Assembly (NCBI GenBank): GCA_043757205.1
Contig: JAYVPU010000226.1
Coordinates: 1 to 53,079, forward strand
Direction: 5' to 3'
Origin: Comamonadaceae bacterium
GTDB lineage: Bacteria > Pseudomonadota > Gammaproteobacteria > Burkholderiales > Burkholderiaceae_C
DNA: 53,079 nucleotides
Below the pieces are notes generated by a model, which worked only from the letters and a program-made list of their open reading frames with translations, made no database searches and had not been told where the DNA came from. Below are positions 28,985 to 37,494 of this stretch, piece after piece. The position numbers were made by a program, and so were the translations under genes. How positions within the stretch are numbered: position 1 is the stretch's first letter; each line of letters starts with the position of its first letter.

Positions 28985-29471
28985 TCGAGCTTATGTCTTG
29001 GGTAACGACGTCAACACCGACCTGTGCTGTTCGGGAAAATACCTGCCGGGCAAAGATGAAGCTTTTATTGCTTCTCAAGCCTTCGAGGCCATCTCTCCGG
29101 GTTTTGCGGCGCGGTTTGTGAGTGGCGGCGTGATCGTCGCGGGTCAGCACTTTGGCATCAACTCCTCGCGGGAACAGGCCGTGCACATCTTGCGCCGCAT
29201 GGGTGTGGCGGCGATTGTGGCGCCCTCGTTTGGGCGGCAATTTTTTCGCAACGCCATCAACAACGGCTTGTTGGTGGTGGAGTGCGACACGGCAGGCATT
29301 GAAGAGGGCGACCAGATCGCTCTGGATTTGGAGGCTTCGGTTTTGAGCGTGGCGCAGCGTCAGATCACACGCCCTTTGCCCGTCGTGCCTGAGGCCATTC
29401 GCGCGATTTTGCGTGAAGGCGGCTTGATTCCTTTCCTTAAAAAATACCCGGATTGGCAGGTGGCCGCATGA
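28977..29471 (+). CDS. aconitase-family hydro-lyase small subunit (LeuD/DmdB-like)
   Basis: 164 aa, overlapping the large-subunit stop by 8 nt. GQHFGINSSREQAV (GxGSSRE-type swivel-domain motif). Confidence 0.85.
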   Translation: MLNRAYVLGNDVNTDLCCSGKYLPGKDEAFIASQAFEAISPGFAARFVSGGVIVAGQHFGINSSREQAVHILRRMGVAAIVAPSFGRQFFRNAINNGLLVVECDTAGIEEGDQIALDLEASVLSVAQRQITRPLPVVPEAIRAILREGGLIPFLKKYPDWQVAA

Positions 29472-30388
29472 GCCAACCTGAGGCAACCCGGCCCAACGCG
29501 AGCCAACTGCGCCAAGCTCTGCGCCAACGCTTGATCCAAGCGCAGCAGGGCGGTACGGCCTTAATCGCGCCCGGCATTTTTGATGGCTACGGCGCGCGCA
29601 TGGTGATGCAGGGCGGCTTTGAGGCCGCTTACATGACGGGCAATGGCGTGTCGGCCAGCCTGCTGGGCACGCCCGATGTGGGCTTGATCGACCTGAGCTT
29701 GATGGCCAACCACGCGCGTCATGTGGCCGCGTGCATCGCCATCCCCCTGATTTGTGACGCCGACACCGGCTACGGCGGCGTGGTCGGCGTGCGGCGCACC
29801 GTGCAAGAGTTTGAGGCCGCCGGTGTGGCCGCCATCCACATGGAAGACCAACTCTCGCCCAAGCGCTGCGCTCAGTTCCCTGGTGCACGTTCGGTGTTGG
29901 AGTTTGATGAAGCGGTCGCCAAAATTGCCGCTGCCGTGGCCGCACGCAGTGACCCCGACTTCATGGTGATTGCGCGCACCGACAGTGCCGGTTCCATGGG
30001 TCTTGGCGAGGCGATCAAACGCGCGCAAGCCTTTGAACGCGTGGGCGCAGGCGCGGTGTTTGTGGAGCTGAAAGCGCACGACGGCATCCTGGATGACTTG
30101 CGCCGCGTGGCCGACGCGGTGAGCATCCCCTGTCTGGTCAACATCGACGCGGGTGGCCCCTTGGCCGCGCTGCATGCCGATGACTTGCATCGCCACGGCA
30201 TTGCCTTGGCCATCTACCCCGCGCTGATTCGCAACACCGTCGGCTTTGCCATGCGCGAGGCTTTGCAGCACCTCAAACTTGATGGCTCCACCACCGCCAT
30301 GCGGCCCCGTATGATCAGCGGCGCGGAGTACAACGCTTATCTGGGTTTGGCCGAGGTGGAGCGTTGGGAAACGCGTTTTCCTTTTTGA
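29468..30388 (+). CDS. isocitrate lyase/PEP mutase family protein (methylisocitrate or dimethylmalate lyase-like)
   Basis: PGIFDGYGARMV, PLICDADTGYGG, AAIHMEDQLSPKRC, IARTD. Overlaps the leuD-like stop. An alternative start lies at 29453. Confidence 0.85.
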   Translation: MSQPEATRPNASQLRQALRQRLIQAQQGGTALIAPGIFDGYGARMVMQGGFEAAYMTGNGVSASLLGTPDVGLIDLSLMANHARHVAACIAIPLICDADTGYGGVVGVRRTVQEFEAAGVAAIHMEDQLSPKRCAQFPGARSVLEFDEAVAKIAAAVAARSDPDFMVIARTDSAGSMGLGEAIKRAQAFERVGAGAVFVELKAHDGILDDLRRVADAVSIPCLVNIDAGGPLAALHADDLHRHGIALAIYPALIRNTVGFAMREALQHLKLDGSTTAMRPRMISGAEYNAYLGLAEVERWETRFPF

Positions 30389-30403
30389 ATTCATTGGAAG
30401 AAA

Positions 30404-31171
30404 TTGACCATGAAGAATCGTTTGTTGAATGCTGTGGCCTCCATCACTTTGGCGATGGCTTGCAGCAACGCCGCATTGGCCGTTGAAATCAAAGTACTCA
30501 GCGGCAACGGGGCCAAGGCCGCCGTGACCGAGTTGGGTGCGCAGTTTGAGCGTCTCAGCGGGCACAAGGTGACGATCCACTTTGAGGTCAACCCCGGTGT
30601 CAAAAAACGCATAGACGATGGCGAGGCCTTTGATGTGGCGGTGCTCAACCCCCCGTTTTTGGACGAGCAAATCAAGGCCGGCAAGGTGGTGGCCAGCACG
30701 CGCACGGTGCTGGGTCGCGCGGGCATAGGCGCGGCGATTCGTGCGGGCGCGCCCAAGCCGGATATTTCGACGATAGAGGATTTTAAAAACGCGCTCTTGG
30801 CCAGCAAGTCGGTGGCCTATCCAGGCGAGGGTTCCAGCGGGCGCTACTTCGTGACGGTCATCGAGCGCATGGGTCTGACCCAGGCCATGGCCAGCAAGAT
30901 GCGCCCGATGCCTGCCGAGTACAACGTGGAGGTGGTGGCCAGCGGTGAGGTAGACATGGTGGTGGTTGTGGCCTCTCGCATCAACGGTGTGCCCGGTGTG
31001 CAATCGCTGGGCACTATTCCCGCCGCGTTGCAAACCTGGATCGGCTTTACGGCGGGTCTGTCTGCGCAGGCCAAACAAGCCGCTGCTGCGCGTGAGATGC
31101 TGACCTTTTTTACCTCACCCGCCGCCGAGAAAATTTTGCGGGACAAGGGTGTCGAGCCCTTTGTGGAGTGA
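30404..31171 (+). CDS. ModA-like periplasmic substrate-binding protein (PBP2 fold), orphan
   Basis: Signal peptide MKNRLLNAVASITLAMACSNAALA. IKVLSGNGAKAAVTELGAQFE pattern as in molybdate/anion-binding proteins. No permease or ATPase gene is adjacent. Confidence 0.7.
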   Translation: MTMKNRLLNAVASITLAMACSNAALAVEIKVLSGNGAKAAVTELGAQFERLSGHKVTIHFEVNPGVKKRIDDGEAFDVAVLNPPFLDEQIKAGKVVASTRTVLGRAGIGAAIRAGAPKPDISTIEDFKNALLASKSVAYPGEGSSGRYFVTVIERMGLTQAMASKMRPMPAEYNVEVVASGEVDMVVVVASRINGVPGVQSLGTIPAALQTWIGFTAGLSAQAKQAAAAREMLTFFTSPAAEKILRDKGVEPFVE

Positions 31172-31197
31172 GCGGCCCAAGGCCAACTCAACGCCAT

Positions 31198-31980
31198 TTA
31201 CTCCGCCAAGAACCCCGTCGCCCGAAAATGTTGGAGAGCCACCTCGCTGGCTAAATAAGTCATCAACACATTCGCGGCGGCTTGTGGACTCGTTTGCGCT
31301 GCGGCATAGCCGGTGCTCAAGGCCAGTGGCACGGGCAAAGGCCCCACCATGGTGATGCCGGGGTGCTGCAAAATTTCGCTCGATTGGCTCACGCCCAGTG
31401 CATATTTGCCGTGCGACACATCCTTGATCACCTCCACGCCGAAGGGCAGCACGGTGATGCGCGGTTGCAGGGTTTGGCTAAGACCCAGCGTGTCCAGCAC
31501 CTTGGCAAAGTGAGTGCCTGCTGTGGCACCGCGCGCCGGGTCGGCGTACGCGATGCTGGGTGCCGCCAACAAGGTTTGTTTGAGTGCTTGCGGGCTGGAG
31601 ATGTCAGGCACGGGTGCACCCTGCGGCACGGCCAGCGAGACCGACACCACACCGAGGTTCCGTGCGCTGTCTTGGTTCAGCCGCCCGGCGCTGCGCAGTT
31701 GTGTGATGACCGCATGGCTCAAGATCACCACATCGGCCACCGTACCCGGCGCCCCGTTCAGCACGCGGTCGCGCTGTGCGCCCACGGTGTCAAACGTGGC
31801 GTTCAAAGTGTGGCCGGTCTGGCGGGTGAATTCGGGGGCGATGCGTTCCACCGCCGCTTTGGCGGCCCCTGCGGCCAGCACGCGGATGTTGTCAGCCCTT
31901 GCGGCGTTGGACACAGCGGCGCAGAGCATGAACGCGGCGCTGAAAGTGAGGGTGTTTTTGATGGAACGTAAGCGTGTCAT
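31198..31980 (-). CDS. ModA-like periplasmic substrate-binding protein, paralogue of 30404..31171
   Basis: MTRLRSIKNTLTFSAAFMLCAAVSNAARA signal peptide. IRVLAAGAAKAAVERIAPEFT aligns with its neighbour. The ORF extends to 32010. Confidence 0.7.
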   Translation of the reverse strand: MTRLRSIKNTLTFSAAFMLCAAVSNAARADNIRVLAAGAAKAAVERIAPEFTRQTGHTLNATFDTVGAQRDRVLNGAPGTVADVVILSHAVITQLRSAGRLNQDSARNLGVVSVSLAVPQGAPVPDISSPQALKQTLLAAPSIAYADPARGATAGTHFAKVLDTLGLSQTLQPRITVLPFGVEVIKDVSHGKYALGVSQSSEILQHPGITMVGPLPVPLALSTGYAAAQTSPQAAANVLMTYLASEVALQHFRATGFLAE

Positions 31981-32030
31981 GAGTGGGCGTGAAGTAGTAC
32001 GATGGCCCAACTTTAACGCAGGAGCTGGTG

Positions 32031-32927
32031 ATGAAATGGGAAGGTAACCGTGAATCGGACAATGTCGAAGACCGCCGCGACGGTGGTGGCGACAGCAGCG
32101 GTGGTGGCGGATTGCTGGGCGCTTTGCTCGGTGGGCGCGGCCTGAGTGTGGGCGCCATCGTGATTGCCTTGGCGGGCGGCTGGTTGTTTGGCATCAATCC
32201 GCTGACCATTTTGAGCATGCTCAGTGGCGATGGCACACCTACCGCGCAAGTGCAGCAGGCACCCGCGCACAGGCCGCCAGCGGATGACCAGATGGCCAAA
32301 TTCGTGTCCACCATTCTGGCCGACACCGAAGACGTTTGGAAGGACGTGTTTGCCAAAGGCGGTGCGACTTACAAAGAGCCCAAGTTGGTGTTGTTTCGCG
32401 GGGCCACACCCACCGCCTGCGGCCAAGGCCAGTCGGCCATGGGGCCGTTTTATTGCCCCGGTGATCAGAAGGTTTACATCGACCTCGGCTTCTATGAAAC
32501 ACTTAAAAATAGGCTGGGTGCGCCCGGTGATTTTGCGCAGGCTTATGTGATTGCGCATGAGGTCGGCCACCATGTGCAAAACCTCTTGGGCATCAGCGCC
32601 AAGATGGAGCAGATGCGCAGCCGCGTCAGCGCCACCGAGGCCAACGCCTTGAGCGTGCGTCTGGAGTTGCAAGCCGATTGCCTGGCGGGTGTGTGGGCTT
32701 TCCACGCCCAGAATGCCCGCCAACTACTGGAGCAGGGTGACGTGGAAGAGGCCATGAACGCGGCCGCAAAAATTGGCGACGATGCCTTGCAACGCGGCAG
32801 TGGCCGCGCCGTGGTGCCCGAGAGCTTCACCCATGGCAGCAGCGCACAACGCCAGCGCTGGTTTGGCAACGGCATGAAAAACGGCAGCGTCAAGGCCTGC
32901 GACATCTTTTCCAGCCGCTCTTTGTGA
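32031..32927 (+). CDS. ypfJ: YpfJ family neutral zinc metallopeptidase
   Basis: MKWEGNRESDNVEDRR N-terminus, Gly-rich/TM segment, HEVGHH zinc motif. AGGAG lies 6 nt before the ATG at 32031. Confidence 0.87.
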   Translation: MKWEGNRESDNVEDRRDGGGDSSGGGGLLGALLGGRGLSVGAIVIALAGGWLFGINPLTILSMLSGDGTPTAQVQQAPAHRPPADDQMAKFVSTILADTEDVWKDVFAKGGATYKEPKLVLFRGATPTACGQGQSAMGPFYCPGDQKVYIDLGFYETLKNRLGAPGDFAQAYVIAHEVGHHVQNLLGISAKMEQMRSRVSATEANALSVRLELQADCLAGVWAFHAQNARQLLEQGDVEEAMNAAAKIGDDALQRGSGRAVVPESFTHGSSAQRQRWFGNGMKNGSVKACDIFSSRSL

Positions 32928-32990
32928 TAAGAGTGGATAATAGGGGTTTGCCCTGAAGCGGGGCCCCTTTGACCCGAAGCCCAAGACTTG

Positions 32991-34499
32991 ATGACCTCAA
33001 CTGCTACCGAACCCCTCGCCACCGAACTCACGGCAGTTGCCGAACCTGCGGCCATCGTCGAACACCGCCTCGATGCCTTTGCGCAATTGCAACTGGCTGA
33101 ACCCTTGGCCCGTGCCGTGGCTGAGATGGGTTACGAGTCGATGACGCCCATCCAGGCGCAGGCCATCCCCGTGGTGTTGCAGGGCCGAGACGTCATGGGC
33201 GCTGCCCAGACCGGCACCGGCAAAACGGCCGCTTTCTCGCTGCCCCTGCTGCAACGCATGCTCAAACACGAAAACAGCTCCACCTCGCCTGCGCGCCACC
33301 CGGTGCGCGCCCTGGTGTTGTTGCCCACGCGTGAGTTGGCCGACCAGGTGGCCCAGCAGGTCAAGCTCTACGCCAAGTACACCAACCTGCGCTGCGCCGT
33401 GGTGTTTGGCGGCATCGACATGAAGCCGCAAACGCTGGAGCTGAAAAAAGGCGTTGAAGTGTTGGTGGCCACACCGGGCCGCTTGCTCGATCACATTGAA
33501 GCCAAAAACGCGGTCCTCAACCAAGTGGAGTACGTCGTGCTGGACGAGGCCGACCGCATGCTCGACATCGGCTTCCTGCCCGATCTGCAACGCATCCTGA
33601 GCTACCTGCCCAAGCAGCGCACCACGCTCTTGTTCAGCGCCACCTTCTCGCCCGAGATCAAGCGCCTGGCCAGCAGCTACCTGCAAGACCCGGTGACGAT
33701 TGAAGTGGCGCGCTCCAACGCCACCGCCTCCACCGTGGAGCAGCATTTTTACAGCGTGCCTGAAGACGACAAGCGCCGCGCCCTGCACCAGATTTTGAAG
33801 TCGCGTGGCATGAAGCAGGCCTTTGTGTTTGTGAACAGCAAACTCGGCTGCGCCCGCTTGGCCCGCTCGCTGGAGCGCGAAGGTCTCAAGACCACCGCCT
33901 TGCATGGCGACAAGAGCCAGGACGAGCGCCTCAAAGCACTGGAGTCCTTCAAAAAAGGCGAAGTGGATTTGCTGGTGTGTACCGATGTGGCCGCGCGCGG
34001 TCTGGACATCAAGGACGTGCCCGCCGTCTTCAACTTTGACGTGCCCTTCAACGCCGAAGACTATGTGCACCGCATTGGCCGCACCGGTCGCGCGGGGGCC
34101 TCTGGCCTGGCCGTGAGCTTTGTCTCGGCCAAAGATGCACGCTTGGTGAGCGATATCGAAAAACTCATCAAAACCAAGATTGAGCTGGAAGCGGTGGAGT
34201 TTGATGAAGACCAGCCCGACATCCACAAACAAGGTCGCATCAACGATGGGCGCCGCATGTACTCGCCTGAGCGCGAAGAAATCGTGCGCCGTGAGCGCGC
34301 CTCCCCGCGCGATTACGCTCGCCCGATGCAGGCGGCGCGCGATCCGTTTTTTGACAAGCCTTATGAGGCGAGCGTTGCTGCCACTGAGGACATCAAACCC
34401 ACCTGGGAGTCAACGCAGCGCGCCGGTGGCCGCAGCCTGTCGGCTAACATCAAATCCAAGCGCAAGGTGGCCGCCTTGTTCACGGCGTCGAGCACTTGA
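32991..34499 (+). CDS. rhlE: DEAD-box ATP-dependent RNA helicase (RhlE-like)
   Basis: Q-motif, AQTGTGKT, PTRELA, DEAD (VLDEADRMLD), SAT, HRIGRTGRAG. Basic C-terminal tail. Confidence 0.93.
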   Translation: MTSTATEPLATELTAVAEPAAIVEHRLDAFAQLQLAEPLARAVAEMGYESMTPIQAQAIPVVLQGRDVMGAAQTGTGKTAAFSLPLLQRMLKHENSSTSPARHPVRALVLLPTRELADQVAQQVKLYAKYTNLRCAVVFGGIDMKPQTLELKKGVEVLVATPGRLLDHIEAKNAVLNQVEYVVLDEADRMLDIGFLPDLQRILSYLPKQRTTLLFSATFSPEIKRLASSYLQDPVTIEVARSNATASTVEQHFYSVPEDDKRRALHQILKSRGMKQAFVFVNSKLGCARLARSLEREGLKTTALHGDKSQDERLKALESFKKGEVDLLVCTDVAARGLDIKDVPAVFNFDVPFNAEDYVHRIGRTGRAGASGLAVSFVSAKDARLVSDIEKLIKTKIELEAVEFDEDQPDIHKQGRINDGRRMYSPEREEIVRRERASPRDYARPMQAARDPFFDKPYEASVAATEDIKPTWESTQRAGGRSLSANIKSKRKVAALFTASST

Positions 34500-35316
34500 C
34501 CTGAATCAGGTGGTGCGGACGATTCGGCACGGAATCGTCCAGGCGGATGGCGCTCAAACAACCGCCCCACACACATCCCGTGTCCAGCGCCAGCAGGTGC
34601 GGGTGCTCCAACCAGCCTAGCTGTGACCAATGTCCGAATGCGACCGTGACACTGGCCGTGTGCCGCCCCGGTGCATCAAACCAGGGTAGGTAGCCCGGCG
34701 GCGCTGTGTCGGGGCCGCCGTGATGCGCAAACTCCATCTGGCCGTCCGGCGTGCAAAAACGCAAGCGGGTGAGGGCGTTCACGATCACCCGCAAGCGATC
34801 CGCACCCCGCAGTGACTCATCCCAAGCCACAGGCGAATTACCGTACATGTGGTGCAAAAAATCAGCCAGATCGGGGCCACGCAGCACGGCCTCGACTTCA
34901 TGGGCAAGTGCTATTGTTTTCGTAGCTGTCCACGCAGGTAATACGCCCGCGTGCACCATTAAGATGTCTTCACCCCGGAAGTTGTCGAAGATCGCCAAGC
35001 GCTGCTGACACAGCCAGGCCAGCAGGCCGGGACGGTCTGCTGCGCTCAAGATGCCGTCCAGCGTGTCGTGCTGGTGGGCCGGTCGCACACCGTGGGCCAC
35101 GGCCAGCAAGTGCAGATCATGGTTACCCAGCAGGCAGTGGGCTGAATCCCCCAAGGCCATCAAGCGACGCAACACTGCTAAAGGTTTTGGCCCCCGGTTC
35201 ACCAGGTCGCCCAGCAGGTAGAGCGTGTCGCGGCTGGGAGAAAAAGAAATTTTATCCAGCAAGCGCTGTAGTGCGCCGTCGCAGCCCTGGATGTCGCCAA
35301 TCAAGTAAAGTGCCAT
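34480..35316 (-). CDS. apaH: symmetrical bis(5'-nucleosyl)-tetraphosphatase
   Basis: MALYLIGDIQGCDGALQRLLDKI...LGDLVNRGP...GNHDLHLL metallophosphatase motifs. The track ORF 34480..35721 is over-extended upstream. Confidence 0.92.
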   Translation of the reverse strand: MALYLIGDIQGCDGALQRLLDKISFSPSRDTLYLLGDLVNRGPKPLAVLRRLMALGDSAHCLLGNHDLHLLAVAHGVRPAHQHDTLDGILSAADRPGLLAWLCQQRLAIFDNFRGEDILMVHAGVLPAWTATKTIALAHEVEAVLRGPDLADFLHHMYGNSPVAWDESLRGADRLRVIVNALTRLRFCTPDGQMEFAHHGGPDTAPPGYLPWFDAPGRHTASVTVAFGHWSQLGWLEHPHLLALDTGCVWGGCLSAIRLDDSVPNRPHHLIQVKCSTP

Positions 35317-35340
35317 GGTGTTTATTTTCGCTTGTGTTCC

Positions 35341-36648
35341 ATGGAATTTTTTCTGATTGTTTTTCTGACCCTGCTCAACGGCGTGTTTGCCATGTCCGAG
35401 CTGGCGTTGGCGGCCAGCCGCAAGGCGCGGCTCTCGGCCATGGCGGAGGAGGGCGACAAGGGTGCGCAGGCGGCGCTCACGCTGCTGGGCAATCCCAATC
35501 AATTTCTCTCCACGGTGCAGGTCGGCATCACCTCGATTGGTGTGCTCAACGGCATCGTGGGCGAGGCTGCATTCAGCGAAGGTGTGGCCCGCTGGTTCAT
35601 GGGTTGGGGTGTGTCCGCCAGCGCTGCGGCCATCTCTGCCACTGCGCTGGTGGTGACCTTGATCACCTTCACCACCATTATTTTTGGTGAACTGGTGCCC
35701 AAGCGCATTGGGCAACTCCACCCTGAATTGGTGTCCCGCTGGGTGTCGCGCCCCATGCTCTGGCTGGCCACGGCGGTCAAGCCTTTTGTCAAGCTCCTGT
35801 CGGCCACCACGCAGGGCACGCTCATGCTATTGCGAATTGACACGACCGCAATCCGTACCATGACCGAGGAAGAAATCACGGCCAACTTGGAAGAGGGGGT
35901 TGATGCGGGCGTGATTGAGCAACACGAGCATCAAATGGTGCAAAACGTCTTTCAACTTGATGAGCGGCCCCTCACCTCCCTGATGGTGCCGGTGACGGAT
36001 GTGGCATGGCTGGAGGCGTCGCTCACGGTGCGCGAGTGTTTGCAGATCGTCGGCGTGGCGGGTGAGCGGGGTGCGCATTCCTGGTACCCGGTGTGTCGCC
36101 ATTCCATGGAGCATGTGGTGGGGCTCATCAGTGTGGGTAAGTTACTGGAACTTGGGCCAGAACACACCGGCAGCATAGAGGCCCATGCGCAGCCCGCCAA
36201 CTTTGTGCCGGAGACGCTCTCGGGCATGGAGTTGCTGGAGCAGTTTCGCGCGCGCTCAGGGCGCCTGGTGTTTGTGGTGGACGAGTACGGCGTGGTGCAA
36301 GGGCTGGTCACGCCGGTTGATTTGCTCGAAGCCATCACGGGTGAATTGCAACCCGTGGCGCAAGTGGACGCCTGGGCCACCCTGCGTGAAGACGGCTCCT
36401 GGCTGCTGGATGGCTTGATGCCTGTCAGCGAGTTAAAGGCGCGACTGTCTATCAAGAGCTTGCCGGATGAAGACCGTGGGCGCTACAACACCCTGGCGGG
36501 CTTGCTCCAGTCCGTGAGCGGCCATCTCCCCGCCGAGGGTGAGCGCATGGCGTGCGGTGGCTGGGTATTTGAGGTGGTGGATCTGGACAGCCGCCGCATT
36601 GACAAAGTGCTGGCTAGCTTGCTACTTAAAGATAAGGAAAAGGAATAA
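35341..36648 (+). CDS. CNNM/TlyC-family membrane protein (DUF21-CBS pair-CorC_HlyC)
   Basis: MEFFLIVFLTLLNGVFAMSELAL DUF21 N-terminus, a CBS pair, and a C-terminal CorC_HlyC-like domain. Confidence 0.88.
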   Translation: MEFFLIVFLTLLNGVFAMSELALAASRKARLSAMAEEGDKGAQAALTLLGNPNQFLSTVQVGITSIGVLNGIVGEAAFSEGVARWFMGWGVSASAAAISATALVVTLITFTTIIFGELVPKRIGQLHPELVSRWVSRPMLWLATAVKPFVKLLSATTQGTLMLLRIDTTAIRTMTEEEITANLEEGVDAGVIEQHEHQMVQNVFQLDERPLTSLMVPVTDVAWLEASLTVRECLQIVGVAGERGAHSWYPVCRHSMEHVVGLISVGKLLELGPEHTGSIEAHAQPANFVPETLSGMELLEQFRARSGRLVFVVDEYGVVQGLVTPVDLLEAITGELQPVAQVDAWATLREDGSWLLDGLMPVSELKARLSIKSLPDEDRGRYNTLAGLLQSVSGHLPAEGERMACGGWVFEVVDLDSRRIDKVLASLLLKDKEKE

Positions 36649-36696
36649 CCCTCCACAAATTCGCTTTAGACTCAAAGAAAAAATGAGGAGTAAGCG

Positions 36697-37494
36697 TTGG
36701 ACATTCTGACTTTAGAAATCCTGGCAGCATCGCTGCTCGGAGCCACTTTGGGGATTTTGTTTTATCGAAGCCGGATAGTTTCGTGGAAGAAAAAAGAAAA
36801 ACAACTTCCCACCCATTGGAGCCTCAGGCTAAGGCCGATTTTTAGCGACGTTGATCATGCGGTGTGGCTCTGGTTGAAACAGGTTTTTCCTGAACACGAG
36901 GTGCTCGTCAAAGTTCCGGTGCTTCGTTTCTTGAGTGGGTCTTCGGGTGATTTGAAAGCAATGATTCAGATCAAGGACATCTACTGCAGTTTTACAGTGT
37001 GCTCACCCAAAGGCAGGGTGCTGGGCTGTATTGACGTCCCCGGTGCCAAGGGGCTCAAAGCAAGTCGACGCGACCTCAAGAAAAAACTCTTTGAGAGCTG
37101 TGGTTTGCCCTATGCCGTTTTTGGGGCTCAAGACCTCCCAACCCACGAAGCCTTGCGTACTTTTTTCTTGAATGAGGACATGCCGTCTCCCGCTATTACC
37201 AGTCAATTTGAGGCAGTACATTCATCTCAGACGTCCGAATTTGACGAGGCTGAAGCCATGCCAGTCATTGAGAGCGTAATAACTGCAAAATCTGATGATG
37301 CTGCCAGCGTCCGTAACAGTTTGCACGTCAAACTCGACGGTAATCGCAAGAGGCGGCTAGCCGCAATGGAGAGTCTGAAAATGAGTGCGGAGGTTGTCGA
37401 AGACAACGCTGAACAAGGTCTTGCGCCGCGCTGGGACGACTCTTTCATCATGGGCGAAGGCAATGACGCATACCCATCAAGGCCTAACGCCTAA
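36697..37494 (+). CDS. membrane-anchored DUF2726-like (nuclease-fold-related) protein
   Basis: TTG start 6 nt after a strong AGGAG. N-terminal TM helix, then HAVWLWLKQVFPEHEVLVKVPVLRFL...CSFTVCSPKGRVLGCIDV, resembling DUF2726. The C-terminal half is acidic and low-complexity. The DNA is visibly AT-richer. Confidence 0.5.
   Translation: MDILTLEILAASLLGATLGILFYRSRIVSWKKKEKQLPTHWSLRLRPIFSDVDHAVWLWLKQVFPEHEVLVKVPVLRFLSGSSGDLKAMIQIKDIYCSFTVCSPKGRVLGCIDVPGAKGLKASRRDLKKKLFESCGLPYAVFGAQDLPTHEALRTFFLNEDMPSPAITSQFEAVHSSQTSEFDEAEAMPVIESVITAKSDDAASVRNSLHVKLDGNRKRRLAAMESLKMSAEVVEDNAEQGLAPRWDDSFIMGEGNDAYPSRPNA

Noticed and set aside
26728-34232. Large antisense ORFs opposite the Bug, LeuC-like, PEP-mutase, ModA-like and rhlE genes (26728..27744, 27704..28870, 28932..29945, 29561..31078, 32997..34232)
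   Set aside because: Each lies fully opposite a gene with clear family motifs. Their Arg/Gly/His/Ala-rich low-complexity translations indicate GC-driven shadow ORFs.
34480-35721. 413-aa version of the apaH ORF
   Set aside because: The N-terminal 135 codons are antisense to the CNNM/TlyC gene. The ApaH homology starts exactly at MALYLIGDIQGC (35316).
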